Shown: positions 43,346 through 53,625, counted from the stretch's first letter. The stretch: 64,000 nt of DNA from an uncultured delta proteobacterium (GCA_963792945.1 CAWBYM010000001.1:137244-201243), one strand, 5' to 3'. Notes: generated by a model from the sequence alone, not told the origin. Translations and numbers: made by a program.

Positions 43346-43825
43346 TTGAAGCCGAAACCTTTCGTCCCCATCGCCCTGAACGGAGACAATGGCTACTACC
43401 GCGATCAAACCGACGGGTTGACCTGGCACATCAGTCGGCTGAGGACGTTGTACGCGGATACCGACCGCTCACAGGTCGTCTACCATGCCAATTTTCTGCG
43501 TTACTTCGAATTCGGACGGGCCTCTCTGATGCGCGAAACCGGTTATACCTACAAGGAAATCGAAGACAGCGGCACCATTTATCCGATCATAGAAATTGGT
43601 GTCAACTATTACAACCCCGTCTACTATGACGATTCGATGTGCATTTACACCCGGCCGTCACTCCTCGAAAGGGTCAAGCTTCGCTTCGATTACATCATCA
43701 CCAAGGACCTCACCGGCGAAATCGCCTGCAAGGGCTTCACCCGGCACTGTGCGATCAATACCAAGGGCATCCCGGTCGAAGTGGACGCTAAAACGGCCTG
43801 TCTTTGGCAGAGATTTCCGGAATGA
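43346..43825 (+). CDS. Acyl-CoA/ACP thioesterase (YbgC-like)
   Basis: YADTDRSQVVYHANFLRYFE; TTG start after GAGGAG. Confidence 0.85.
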   Translation: MKPKPFVPIALNGDNGYYRDQTDGLTWHISRLRTLYADTDRSQVVYHANFLRYFEFGRASLMRETGYTYKEIEDSGTIYPIIEIGVNYYNPVYYDDSMCIYTRPSLLERVKLRFDYIITKDLTGEIACKGFTRHCAINTKGIPVEVDAKTACLWQRFPE

Positions 43826-45334
43826 TCCACACCGTTCGCCAGCCTATCGCCTGGCCTTCTCAACCCTATCTTGACGACCACCGATTCCAAAATCGTCCGG
43901 TTCTGCCTGCCGTGGAGGCCGTCGAGATCTTGGCCCGGGCGGTTAAAGAGTACCAGACGGCTAAGGATGTAACCGCTATCGGAAGGCAGCAGTTCGATAG
44001 GTTTATGTATCTCGATCCTGCGGTCGGAAATACACAAGGGGCATTCTGCGAAATATCTATCGATGAAAACGGGGATGTCCGTGTCGCGCTGATGACCCGG
44101 TTAACCTCCAAGGCGGCCGGTCTATCGAGGCTTCAAACCCATGCAGCCGTGTCGTTTCCCCACAGAAAATCCAGCCAGCCGGCACTGCGTTTTGGATGTG
44201 GCGTCCGCTTTGGAGGGCGCCTGCTTTTCGGTGCCCAAAGAAAAGTTATACGGTGACCTTGTGCCCTTCGGACCGTCTTTCCAGAACGTCGACACGCTGC
44301 ATCTGACACCCGAGGGGGCGATCGCCGAAATCCGCGCACCGCATGAGCAGGCGCCGGCGGGACGACCATGGCTGCTGGGCTCACCGTTCGTCCTGGATGC
44401 CGCTTTCCATGCCGCATGCGTATGGGGACAGCGATTCGCCGCCAGGGTCGCTTTCCCGGTGGGGATCGACTGCCGGCGGGTATACGAACCGGCCCAGCCA
44501 GGGGAGGTCTTTTTCGCCCGTGTTCTTCCCCAGCGCACCACCCAGAGCCTGTTGACATTCGATCTGCGGATATATGATTCAACGGGACGCCTCCGTGAGG
44601 CCGCCGACGGCGTTCGCATGCGGGACGTCAGCGGTGGGACGTTGAAGCCGCCGGGGTGGATCGACGCAGGAAAGGGGAAGCCTCCGGCCTCAAGGATCGC
44701 GGCCCGCTGCAAAGCCGTTTCGGTCATCGACATGAGGGGCGTAGCCCCGTTTGCCGAGCAGGTCTTGTCAGTCGAGGAAAGAGAACGCTACGATAAGATG
44801 GGGGACAGACGCCGCAAGAGCTTCCTCGCCGGTCGGCTGGCGTGCAAACGGATATCCCGGCAGCTTTCAGGCAATGACCTTGTCACCGATGCCCGGTCAA
44901 TCAACACCGTGGCCGCCGACAGTCCCGGGCCCCGCTGCCCGTCAACCGACGGCGGATCCGCCGCTTCCTGTTCCATGGCCCATGACAGCCGGTTTGCCGT
45001 GGCCGTGGCTGCAGAAAACCGGGTGGGGGTGGATGTCGAGGAGGTCGCCGCCCGGGTGATGAGATCGCGGCGTTTGTATATGAACCCAACCGAAATAACC
45101 TTGGCGGACAGGGACGCCCTGGTGGATAAGATTGGTGCCGCTGTCAGAATCTGGACCATCAAGGAGGCGGTCACCAAGGCGCTCGACATCCCGCTGCCCG
45201 ATGCCTGGCATCGGGTGGCCGTCGAGCGCATCGGCCTCCATGAGAGCCAGTTTCGAATCGACGATGATTGCCCACAATTAGCATCTCATGAATTGATTGA
45301 AAAACATATTGTTACTATCGTTTTATTAAAGTAA
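43822..45334 (+). pseudogene. PKS-type dehydratase (double hotdog)-4'-phosphopantetheinyl transferase fusion, split by a frameshift at ~44190 (pseudogene or sequencing error)
   Basis: Frame 1 LDDHRFQNRPVLPA; frame 2 LY..PFGPSFQ, LDAAFH, then GVDVE and WTIKEAVTKA; the frames join if one T is removed from CGTTTTGG. Confidence 0.75.
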
Positions 45335-45438
45335 ATATTTAATAAAATTACCGGGGCCGGCTGCCGAGATGGAGCTTGCCTCCCGTCCAGCCCATGAGCC
45401 GATAAACAATGCCGAAGCGAAGATGCCGAGAAGCGGAA

Positions 45439-45720
45439 ATGCCATGCAGCACAAGCATTTCCCGGAGATTGACCGGGATCGTTCTTGTGACTGTTTGCCT
45501 GGTGTTGATCGCTTGTTCAGCCAGTTTGCCGGGGTACCCGCCCCGTGGCCTCGAAAACCCATAAACAAACCGTTGACATCCATATCAACGGATTTAGACG
45601 CACTTCCCGGATCCACGTCCCACCCGGTTACCATCCGGCAGCGAAGTTGCCCTTGGTTGTCGCTAATCACGGGGCTTTCGATACGGCCGAAATCATCTGG
45701 GAATTTTTCCAGCCGCTCCG
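45439..45720 (+). pseudogene. Remnant of a lipoprotein esterase (PHB-depolymerase/LpqC-like), frameshifted and internally deleted
   Basis: MPCSTSISRRLTGIVLVTVCLVLIAC lipobox, frameshift, then RR..IHVPPGY..LPLVVANHG joined directly to C-terminal-type DTAEIIWEFF. Confidence 0.6.
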
Positions 45721-45764
45721 TCGTTGGGCCAAAGGGGTATTCCAGTGGGTGGGGCGGTGGTCAT

Positions 45765-46133
45765 CTATACGGATGGCCGGTGTTTGAGCACGAATTTTTC
45801 GACGGCCATCCGGGTGGCCCACCGTAGAAAGATCCGGGTGTATTCGGCTCCGGCCAGAACCATTCCCGCCAGAAAAACGAGGTGGGACAAACCGTAGGTC
45901 AGGGGGCCGCCGATCACCGCCACCAGCGGTTGGCCCAGATAAACGGCCAACGCGGCCAATGCGCTGACAGCCGGCCAACCGATGATGTAGCTCAAGGCGA
46001 TGAGGGATAGGCCAAGAACGACCCTGGCGGACGGGCGCTGCTTGAAGGCCTCCAGATCAGCCTTCTCCTCGACCGCTTGACGCACGAATTCGGATTCCGT
46101 GATTCTCTTGATGACTCCCGTTGTCAATCCCAA
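45765..46133 (-). CDS. Hypothetical membrane protein
   Basis: 122 aa, hydrophobic segments, SYIIGWPA and YGLSHLVF; GGAG upstream. Confidence 0.7.
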   Translation of the reverse strand: MGLTTGVIKRITESEFVRQAVEEKADLEAFKQRPSARVVLGLSLIALSYIIGWPAVSALAALAVYLGQPLVAVIGGPLTYGLSHLVFLAGMVLAGAEYTRIFLRWATRMAVEKFVLKHRPSV

Positions 46134-46539
46134 TGGTCCGCTCCGTCAACCCCTGATTTGCTTTAACGCGCTTAGATGATAGCCGGTGGTCGATCATATG
46201 CCAACCGACAGTCTGTAATCAAGCCTTTTGCCTATAACTCGCCCTGTGTCAGGTATCCCCTTGAAACCATGGCGGTTCATAGTCTGGTTCCGGCACAGGA
46301 AAGATGAAGGGCCACGACGGACCCTCGGTCGGATTTTAGTTAGCGTTGCACATTGAAAGTGGTCCTTCAACCTGTTATTAAGCCTCACGGTGAAACAGGG
46401 GCCACCCGCAAGTGTTTTGGAAACTAGGTAGGACCGGGGTTGATTGGCGAAACCCTGTAGCGGCCACCGCACGCGTTCGAATGCGGGTGGCCATATCCCG
46501 GTCATCCTGTTGACGATCGAGGAAAGGTTGTCTTTTTTC

Positions 46540-47280
46540 GTGGACCATACCACAACTCCGTCACCGACCGCCGACCTATGGGCTTTTTTCGACCGCATCT
46601 TCTGCATTTCGCTGGAGGAGCGTGTCGACAGGCGGCTTGCGGCGGCGGATCAATTCCGCAAGGTCGGTCTGGCGGGCCGGGTCGAGTTCGTCATCGTCCA
46701 AAAACACCCGGCTGACAGCGAACAGGGAATATTTGAATCCCACCTGGATTGCTTCAGGGCCGGACTGAAGGACGATGCCGAGACCATGCTCATTTTCGAG
46801 GATGACGTCGTCTTTGACCGGTTCGACCCGCACGTACTGGCGGAGTGCACGCGGTTCCTGTCTTCGGATACTTCATGGACGGTTTTTTTCTTCGGGTGTC
46901 TTGCCAGCAGCAGTCGACAAACCGAACACCGGTCCGTGGTGAAAGTGCGATACCGCAGTCTGGCGCATGCATACGCCATTCAACGCCGGTTCGCGGAGAC
47001 CTTGATCGCTTGCCGGTGGCGTGGCACGCCCTTCGACACGATGTTGCGGGATGTCGGTCCCTACTATTTTGCAGCCTACCCGGCCTTTGCCTTTCAGGAC
47101 AATTCACGCACAGACAACATGAGCTTTCTGAAACGTGACAGATGGCGGCGGATGTGCGGAGGGTTGCGAAGAATCCAGAAAGTCAATGAATGGTACCTGC
47201 GCCACCGGCCGGTTGTGATCGGCTTTCACCTTGTCGCCATCGTGATTCTGATGATATGGGCGGCTCGGTTGCTGAGGTAG
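46540..47280 (+). CDS. Glycosyltransferase family 25
   Basis: IFCISLEERVDRR, GIFESH, FEDDV, AHAY; C-terminal TM anchor. Confidence 0.78.
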   Translation: MDHTTTPSPTADLWAFFDRIFCISLEERVDRRLAAADQFRKVGLAGRVEFVIVQKHPADSEQGIFESHLDCFRAGLKDDAETMLIFEDDVVFDRFDPHVLAECTRFLSSDTSWTVFFFGCLASSSRQTEHRSVVKVRYRSLAHAYAIQRRFAETLIACRWRGTPFDTMLRDVGPYYFAAYPAFAFQDNSRTDNMSFLKRDRWRRMCGGLRRIQKVNEWYLRHRPVVIGFHLVAIVILMIWAARLLR

Positions 47281-47295
47281 GGAGCGCTGTCCAAT

Positions 47296-50200
47296 ATGAA
47301 AAAACAATCGATTAACTGGCTTTTTTTGGCCGCGACCATCGCGGCCGTGACCACCCTGTTCGGGATTGGGTGGCATCGGATCCAGATCGATACGGATATC
47401 GTCGGCACCCTTCCGAATGCGGATCCGGTCATAGCCGATGCCGCCTATCTCTTCCGTCATCACCCGATGCAGGGCCAGGTGGTTGTCGACGTCTTTGTAG
47501 AACCGGCCGATATAGACGCCCTGATCGACAGTGCCCGTCGCGTTCAGACCCGGCTGAAGTCCAGCGGGCTTTTCAAGGAGGTCGGACTGGAAGACACTGG
47601 AAGCCTGATGCCGGACCTGCTGGGTTATGTATCCGCCAACCTGTCGGTGCTCTTTACGGCCGACGAATTGAAGCGGCAGATTCTACCGCTGCTGCAGCCG
47701 GCAACAATCGATCGGCAACTCGAGCAGGTTCGTGCGCGCCTGCTGGGTCTCGAAAGCATCGGCCAGTCGGCGCTTATCGCCGATGATCCGTTGGATTTTC
47801 GGCACCTGGTCCTCTCACGGTTGTCGCATCTGATTCCCGCGACCGGCGCCCGCATCTACCAGGGACAGCTCGTATCCGCCGACGACCGCCACATTTTGAT
47901 CGTTGCCCGGCCGGCGGCATCGGGTACGGACACCGTATATGCCCGCCGACTGAGTGAACTGATGGACGACCTGTCAGTCGAGATCAACCGTTCGCCTGAT
48001 ATCGCTGGTCGTCGGGTGATCCTCACCCCGGTGGGCGCTTACCGGGCCGCCCTCGACAATGAGCAAATTATCAGGAAAGACGTCACCTCTGCCATCTTAT
48101 TGGCCACCCTTGGCATTGCCCTGCTGCTATTAATGGCCTTTCCGCGCCCGGCCATCGGTCTGTTCTCGCTTCTGCCGGCTATTGCCGGAACCATGCTGGC
48201 TTTTTTCGTGTTCTCCCTGATGCATAAAACCCTGTCGGTAATGGTTCTCGGTTTTGGGGGCGCGATCATATCGATCACCGTCGATCAAGGGATTGCCTAC
48301 CTTCTGTTTCTTGACCGACCCCACGAAACCAGAGGCCAGGAGGCTTCCGAAGAGGTGTGGAACATCGGCCTGTTGGCCGTATTGACGAGCATCGGGGCTT
48401 TTGGGGCCCTTTGTTTCAGTGGTTTCTCCGTGTTCGCCCAGTTAGGACAATTTTCAATGCTCGGGATCGGGTTGTCCTTTATTTTTGTCCATGTCGTTTT
48501 TCCGCGTGTTTTTCCAGCCATGCCGGCAGGCCGGCAGCGATCGCTGTTCCTGCAGAAAGTAGTGGATGCCTCGGCTGGAACCGGAAAGATGGGTGTGGGG
48601 GTGCTGGTTCTGTTTGCAGCCGTTATGCTGATCTTTGCCAAACCGGAATTTAACGTGACCATGCGGACGATGAACACCGTCGGGGCCGATACCTCGGCTG
48701 CAGAAAAACGGGTTGCCGAGACATGGGGCGATATTTTTTCCAAGGTTTATATGTTGGCCGAAGGCCGGAGCGTTGAAGAGCTTCAGATCAAAGACGACGG
48801 GCTCCTCGATAAATTGGAACGTGACTTGGATTCCGGGCGACTCTCGGCGGCGTTTGTGCCGTCTATGCTTTTTCCCAGCCGGGAGCGGCGCGCGAAGAAT
48901 TTTGCTGCCTGGAAGCAATTCTGGAAGAGAGAGAGGGTTGAGAGCATCCAGCGCATTATTGGAGAACGCTCCGAATCACTGGGATTCGCTCCTGACGCAT
49001 TCGCGCCTTTTTATGACCGGCTGACCGCGGAGAGGCCAACGGAGGGTGATGAAGGGGTCCCGGCAAGGTTCCTCGACTTTTTGGGTATCGCGCAACTTGC
49101 AGACCAATCGAAATGGATCCAGGTATCCACCTTCACGACCGGGCCCGCCTACGATGCCGAACAGTTTCATCAATCGTATGCGCCGTCCGGCAGGCTTTTC
49201 GATCCGACATTTTTCTCGCAGCGCCTCGGCAAGCTTCTGTTCGAAACCTTTGCGAAGCTGTTTCTCATCATCGCCGGCGGCGTGGTTGTTATTCTCATAT
49301 TTTTCTTCCTCGATGCGGCGCTCGTATTGGTTTCTCTGTTACCGGTGGCCTTTGCCCTCATCGCCACACTAGGGACGTTGAATGTCATCGGGCATCCCCT
49401 GGACATTCCCGGCCTAATGCTGGCCATTGTCGTTCTGGGCATGGGAATCGATTATTCGCTCTTTTTTGTAAGGTCCTACCAACGCTACGGCACAATGTCC
49501 CACCCATCGTTCGGCCTGATTCGATTGGCTGTGTTCATGTCGGCCGTCTCCACTATGATCGGTTTTGGTGTCTTGTGCGGTGCCGATCACTCGTTGCTGA
49601 AAAGTGCGGGGCTTACATCATTGCTGGGGATCACCTACTCGGTGATCGGCGCCTATGTTATTTTGCCGCCAGCCCTCGACTATATACAAATGGCGCGCCG
49701 ATCGAAGGCGATTGTCTGCGGCAGCCTGCACGACCGGGTCCTGGCTCGATACAGGGGGCTGGAAGCCTATCCGAGGCTGTTTGCCCGGTTTAAAATGAGG
49801 CTTGACCCCATGTTCTCCGAAATGGAGCAGATCTTCAAAACCGGCGGTGCCGTCAAGACCATCGTCGATATCGGCTGCGGTTACGGCGTGCCGTCCTGCT
49901 GGCTGATTGAATGGTACCCGGAAGCGAGAGTGTTCGGGATCGAACCCGCTGTCGGCCGCGTCCGTGTGGCCGCTGTCGCGCTGGGTGAAAGAGGGGAGAT
50001 CTCTCGGGGCTCGGCGCCGGATATCCCCGCGGTTTCACGGCCTGTCGACCTGGCCGTTATGCTCGATATGGTGCACTACCTGGCGGATGACCATCTGCTT
50101 CTGACCCTGCAGAGGCTCAATGAAAAATTGCGGCCAGGCGGCCGTCTGGTTGTGCGGGCGGCCATCCCGCCGCATAGGCGTTTTCCGTGGTCCTGGTGGG

Positions 50201-50394
50201 TGGAAAATCTCAAACTGCGCTTTTCGAACACCCCTTTCACCTATAGAACGCCGGAACGATTGGGGACATTGATCACTCAGTCGGGATTCAGCGTCGAACG
50301 CACGCTACCGTCGGGGAACAATCAGGAACTGCTTTGGCTCATCGTTAGGCGGGTTGGCGGTAGCGACTCTCACCGGTTGACGGACCCATGTTGA
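47296..50394 (+). CDS. MMPL/RND-family exporter fused to a C-terminal class I SAM methyltransferase
   Basis: Two TM bundles (ITVDQG, GMGIDYS) with periplasmic loops; C-term IVDIGCGYG, DMVHY, LRPGGRL. Confidence 0.85.
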   Translation: MKKQSINWLFLAATIAAVTTLFGIGWHRIQIDTDIVGTLPNADPVIADAAYLFRHHPMQGQVVVDVFVEPADIDALIDSARRVQTRLKSSGLFKEVGLEDTGSLMPDLLGYVSANLSVLFTADELKRQILPLLQPATIDRQLEQVRARLLGLESIGQSALIADDPLDFRHLVLSRLSHLIPATGARIYQGQLVSADDRHILIVARPAASGTDTVYARRLSELMDDLSVEINRSPDIAGRRVILTPVGAYRAALDNEQIIRKDVTSAILLATLGIALLLLMAFPRPAIGLFSLLPAIAGTMLAFFVFSLMHKTLSVMVLGFGGAIISITVDQGIAYLLFLDRPHETRGQEASEEVWNIGLLAVLTSIGAFGALCFSGFSVFAQLGQFSMLGIGLSFIFVHVVFPRVFPAMPAGRQRSLFLQKVVDASAGTGKMGVGVLVLFAAVMLIFAKPEFNVTMRTMNTVGADTSAAEKRVAETWGDIFSKVYMLAEGRSVEELQIKDDGLLDKLERDLDSGRLSAAFVPSMLFPSRERRAKNFAAWKQFWKRERVESIQRIIGERSESLGFAPDAFAPFYDRLTAERPTEGDEGVPARFLDFLGIAQLADQSKWIQVSTFTTGPAYDAEQFHQSYAPSGRLFDPTFFSQRLGKLLFETFAKLFLIIAGGVVVILIFFFLDAALVLVSLLPVAFALIATLGTLNVIGHPLDIPGLMLAIVVLGMGIDYSLFFVRSYQRYGTMSHPSFGLIRLAVFMSAVSTMIGFGVLCGADHSLLKSAGLTSLLGITYSVIGAYVILPPALDYIQMARRSKAIVCGSLHDRVLARYRGLEAYPRLFARFKMRLDPMFSEMEQIFKTGGAVKTIVDIGCGYGVPSCWLIEWYPEARVFGIEPAVGRVRVAAVALGERGEISRGSAPDIPAVSRPVDLAVMLDMVHYLADDHLLLTLQRLNEKLRPGGRLVVRAAIPPHRRFPWSWWVENLKLRFSNTPFTYRTPERLGTLITQSGFSVERTLPSGNNQELLWLIVRRVGGSDSHRLTDPC

Positions 50395-51296
50395 AGGCCG
50401 CTTTAAAGACGTTGCGGTGTCGGAAGGCACTCTCCAAGGGAGTGCAGATGGGGTGCGGTGCCTTTGCTGCCGCCGGGCTGATTGCTTTCGTCGATTTACG
50501 CCTGGCGGCGATTCCCCTGGCAGGGTTTGTCATTCTGTGCTTCACAGCACCATTTCTGCCGGGATTCAGTTTCTTCCTGCCGGTTATCAGCCGCGGGTCA
50601 TCCGGCCGCAGGGCTGTGGCCCTGACTTTCGACGACGGGCCCGACCCTCTGACCACACCGGTGCTTCTAAGGCTTCTCCGCAAGCACAAGGCCCCGGTAA
50701 CGTTTTTCGTCACTGGCCGCAAGGCATTTCATCACCCCGACCTGATAAAAAAAATCCTCGCCGACGGGCACTGCGTGGGCAACCATTCATTCGATCACGA
50801 TGTCCTTATCGCCTTCAAGAGCAACCATACCGTGAGGAGCGACATAGCGGCCGTTCAGGAAGTGTTGGGCGGGCACGGCATCGCACCGCTGGTGTTTCGT
50901 CCGCCGGCCGGGATCACGGGTCCGAGCCTTCCAAGGGCTTTGCGGGCGGTGGGGTTGTCGGTGGTGAATTTCAGCTGCCGGGCGCGGGACGGAGGCAACC
51001 GTCGATTGAAGCATCTGGCGAAAAGAATTCTCCGGCGTGTGCGACCGGACGACATCGTCCTGCTGCATGACATCGCCCCGCCTTGCGCCGCACAACTGCC
51101 CTTTTGGGTCGCAGAGATCGATTGCATTCTGGAGGGGATCCGCAGGAAAGACCTGGCCGTTATCCCTCTCGCCGAGCTTATCGGTAGACCGGTGATGACA
51201 AAGGCGTCACCGGCCGGTGCCTACCCCGACGGGCAGCATGCCTCCGACGGCCGCCTCGGATCGTCTGCGATAGAAAGCGACGGGCGCTGTGCCTGA
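50388..51296 (+). CDS. Polysaccharide deacetylase (CE4/NodB) with N-terminal TM segment
   Basis: TFDDGP, NHSFDH, FRPP, LLHD. Confidence 0.88.
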   Translation: MLKAALKTLRCRKALSKGVQMGCGAFAAAGLIAFVDLRLAAIPLAGFVILCFTAPFLPGFSFFLPVISRGSSGRRAVALTFDDGPDPLTTPVLLRLLRKHKAPVTFFVTGRKAFHHPDLIKKILADGHCVGNHSFDHDVLIAFKSNHTVRSDIAAVQEVLGGHGIAPLVFRPPAGITGPSLPRALRAVGLSVVNFSCRARDGGNRRLKHLAKRILRRVRPDDIVLLHDIAPPCAAQLPFWVAEIDCILEGIRRKDLAVIPLAELIGRPVMTKASPAGAYPDGQHASDGRLGSSAIESDGRCA

Positions 51297-51351
51297 AGCG
51301 GTCTCCAGTGGTCGGTTTCTCCGAAACGACCGGCGACTTCCATCCCGCCCC

Positions 51352-52686
51352 TCAAGGGCGGCGGTGGTTTCTGAAAAGCGCCCGGCTCAGCAGGAGGGTG
51401 CCGGCAAAAAAGGCCAGCAGCAAAGCCGTTTCTGGAAATACGCTTTGGATCGTACCGTCTCGGGCAAACAGATCGACGAGGGCGTTCAGGCCCCAGGCCA
51501 GCGGCGATATTTGACTGATCTGCTGCATCATCCTCGGCATGGCATATACCGGAACCATGATGCCGCCGATTGCGGCCGCGATCACCACCGACACGGCGCC
51601 GAACATCGAGGCCTGCTCATAGGTTCGGGCGATGGTGCCCAGAAGAACGCCGTATCCCGCGGCGGCCAAAGCGGCACTGCAGACGACGATGACGATGGCC
51701 AAGGGCGACGATCCGATTTCGAGAACCGGCGTACCCAGCAGCGGCAGCGCGTATTTTCCTACGGCCAGGATGGCGCCAAACTGAAGGCAACAGACCAGTA
51801 CATAAGCGCACAGTTTGCCGGCCAGAATGGTCAGGTAGGATACCGGAAGGCTCATCTGGCGCAACAGGGTGCCCTCCTGTCGTTCCCTGATCAATGAGCC
51901 GCCCATTGGAACTACGATAAAAAACATGCCGAAAAGGGCCCAGGCCGGCACATTCTGCTGAACCGACGAGGGCCGTTCGTGGTTGTCCCCTCGAGACGCC
52001 AGCTGGGATTCGACGCCGAGCAGCCGCTGGCGGCCCCAATCCGCGTTCAACTGCGGCAAGGGGGGAGCGGAGCCGTCCGGCGCATGGCGGTGCATACCAT
52101 TTTGCATCACCCGCGCCGCTTGCCGCGGAAAGATCTCCGAGACCGCCCGAGCTTTCATCTCCAACTCCAGGGCAAGCAGTATGCTGTGCAGGGCATTGGC
52201 CACGGAGGCGCGGAAAGCGCCCTGCACCAGTGGATCGAACAGAATTTTCACGCGCGGCAGATCGCCGTTTTCTTCCACCGCTGAGCCTTTGTCGGCGTCG
52301 AACGCCGACAGGATCTGCCGGTTGAGACGGGATTGTGCGGCTTCGGTGGCACCGGCGGGGATGACCATTCCGAATTGAAAATCGCCGTCTTCCACGGCGG
52401 CTCTGGCGGTCGGCTCGTCCAGCGGTTTTCCGTTCAACTCTTTTATGATTTCAATGGCGCCGGATTGCTGCAGCCGGTTTTCGATGACCGGGCCCAGCAG
52501 TTGACGGTCATGGTCGACAAAAAGAATGCGCACACTGGTTTCGCCGGTCACTTTGAGAATGTTTTCCTGAACCAGCGAAACGATGACAACGAGCACGGCC
52601 GGCATGAGAAACAGGACAAGCATGCCGGCTTTGTCCCGGCTGAGAATTAAAAGGTCCTTGACTATCGTGGCCAACAATCGCGTCAT
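51352..52686 (-). CDS. ABC-2 type transporter permease
   Basis: KDLLILSRD, QQNVPAWALFGMFF, ERQEGTL, GGIMVP, SPLAW. Confidence 0.88.
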   Translation of the reverse strand: MTRLLATIVKDLLILSRDKAGMLVLFLMPAVLVVIVSLVQENILKVTGETSVRILFVDHDRQLLGPVIENRLQQSGAIEIIKELNGKPLDEPTARAAVEDGDFQFGMVIPAGATEAAQSRLNRQILSAFDADKGSAVEENGDLPRVKILFDPLVQGAFRASVANALHSILLALELEMKARAVSEIFPRQAARVMQNGMHRHAPDGSAPPLPQLNADWGRQRLLGVESQLASRGDNHERPSSVQQNVPAWALFGMFFIVVPMGGSLIRERQEGTLLRQMSLPVSYLTILAGKLCAYVLVCCLQFGAILAVGKYALPLLGTPVLEIGSSPLAIVIVVCSAALAAAGYGVLLGTIARTYEQASMFGAVSVVIAAAIGGIMVPVYAMPRMMQQISQISPLAWGLNALVDLFARDGTIQSVFPETALLLAFFAGTLLLSRALFRNHRRP

Positions 52687-52692
52687 AGCGTA

Positions 52693-53454
52693 TCAGTCCC
52701 TCAGCTGTTTGCCGGTGAGTAGCAGAAACAGTTCACCCAAGTCGGCACAATCCGGATGTTGGTCGATCAATTCCAGCGGCGGTCCTTTGACGAGGATCTT
52801 TCCCTGATCGATGACCGCCACCTGTGAGCACAGGGCCTGGGCTTCCTCCATGTAGTGGGTGGTGTAAATCATGCCGGTTCCCTGCTGTTTGAGTCCGGCA
52901 ATCATTTCCAGGATCATGTTGCGCGACTGGGCATCGATGCCGACCGTCGGTTCGTCCAGGAACAGCAGTTCGGGGCTGTGCAATATGCCGGCAGCGATGT
53001 TGGCGCGCCGTTTCATACCGCTGGAGAAGGCGGCTATCCGCTTGTCGGCATTGACAGTCAAGCCGACGAGGCTTAAGCATTCCTCAGTGCGGTTTTTGAG
53101 GCTGGGGCCTCTCAACCCCGCCAATCGACCGAAAAAATGCAGGTTTTCACGACAAGTCAAGCTCGGATACAGGGCGATCTCCTGGGGCACCAGACCAAAG
53201 TGTTTTTTGGCCTCACCGTTGCGCCTGGAAATGTCGATGCCACAGATCGTTACCTCTCCGCTGTCGGGTTCCATCAGCGTACTCATGATGGATATCGCCG
53301 TCGTTTTGCCCGCACCGTTGGGCCCCAGCAGACCCAAGACTTCCCCCGCCTGGACCTGCAGATCCACATCGCGCAGGGCTGGAATGCTGTCTCCCGGATA
53401 GGTTTTGCACAACTGCTTCACCACAAGTGGCGGATCTGCTCCGATCTTACTCAT
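52693..53454 (-). CDS. ABC transporter ATP-binding protein
   Basis: GPNGAGKT, FSSGMKRR, LDEPT, TTHYMEE. Confidence 0.93.
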   Translation of the reverse strand: MSKIGADPPLVVKQLCKTYPGDSIPALRDVDLQVQAGEVLGLLGPNGAGKTTAISIMSTLMEPDSGEVTICGIDISRRNGEAKKHFGLVPQEIALYPSLTCRENLHFFGRLAGLRGPSLKNRTEECLSLVGLTVNADKRIAAFSSGMKRRANIAAGILHSPELLFLDEPTVGIDAQSRNMILEMIAGLKQQGTGMIYTTHYMEEAQALCSQVAVIDQGKILVKGPPLELIDQHPDCADLGELFLLLTGKQLRD

Positions 53455-53625
53455 TCAGGCGGCTTTCATTGAGGTTGATTTTTTGGACCGGCTTGTATAA
53501 AAAGAGACTCCTTTTAAGGTATGTATATCCTAAACTGTACCAATATCGAAGTAGAAAATAGACGAATATCTCAACCGCCGTCGGCCAACAGATACCGGCC
53601 GGCGTTTTAATTTTCTGCCGAACCG

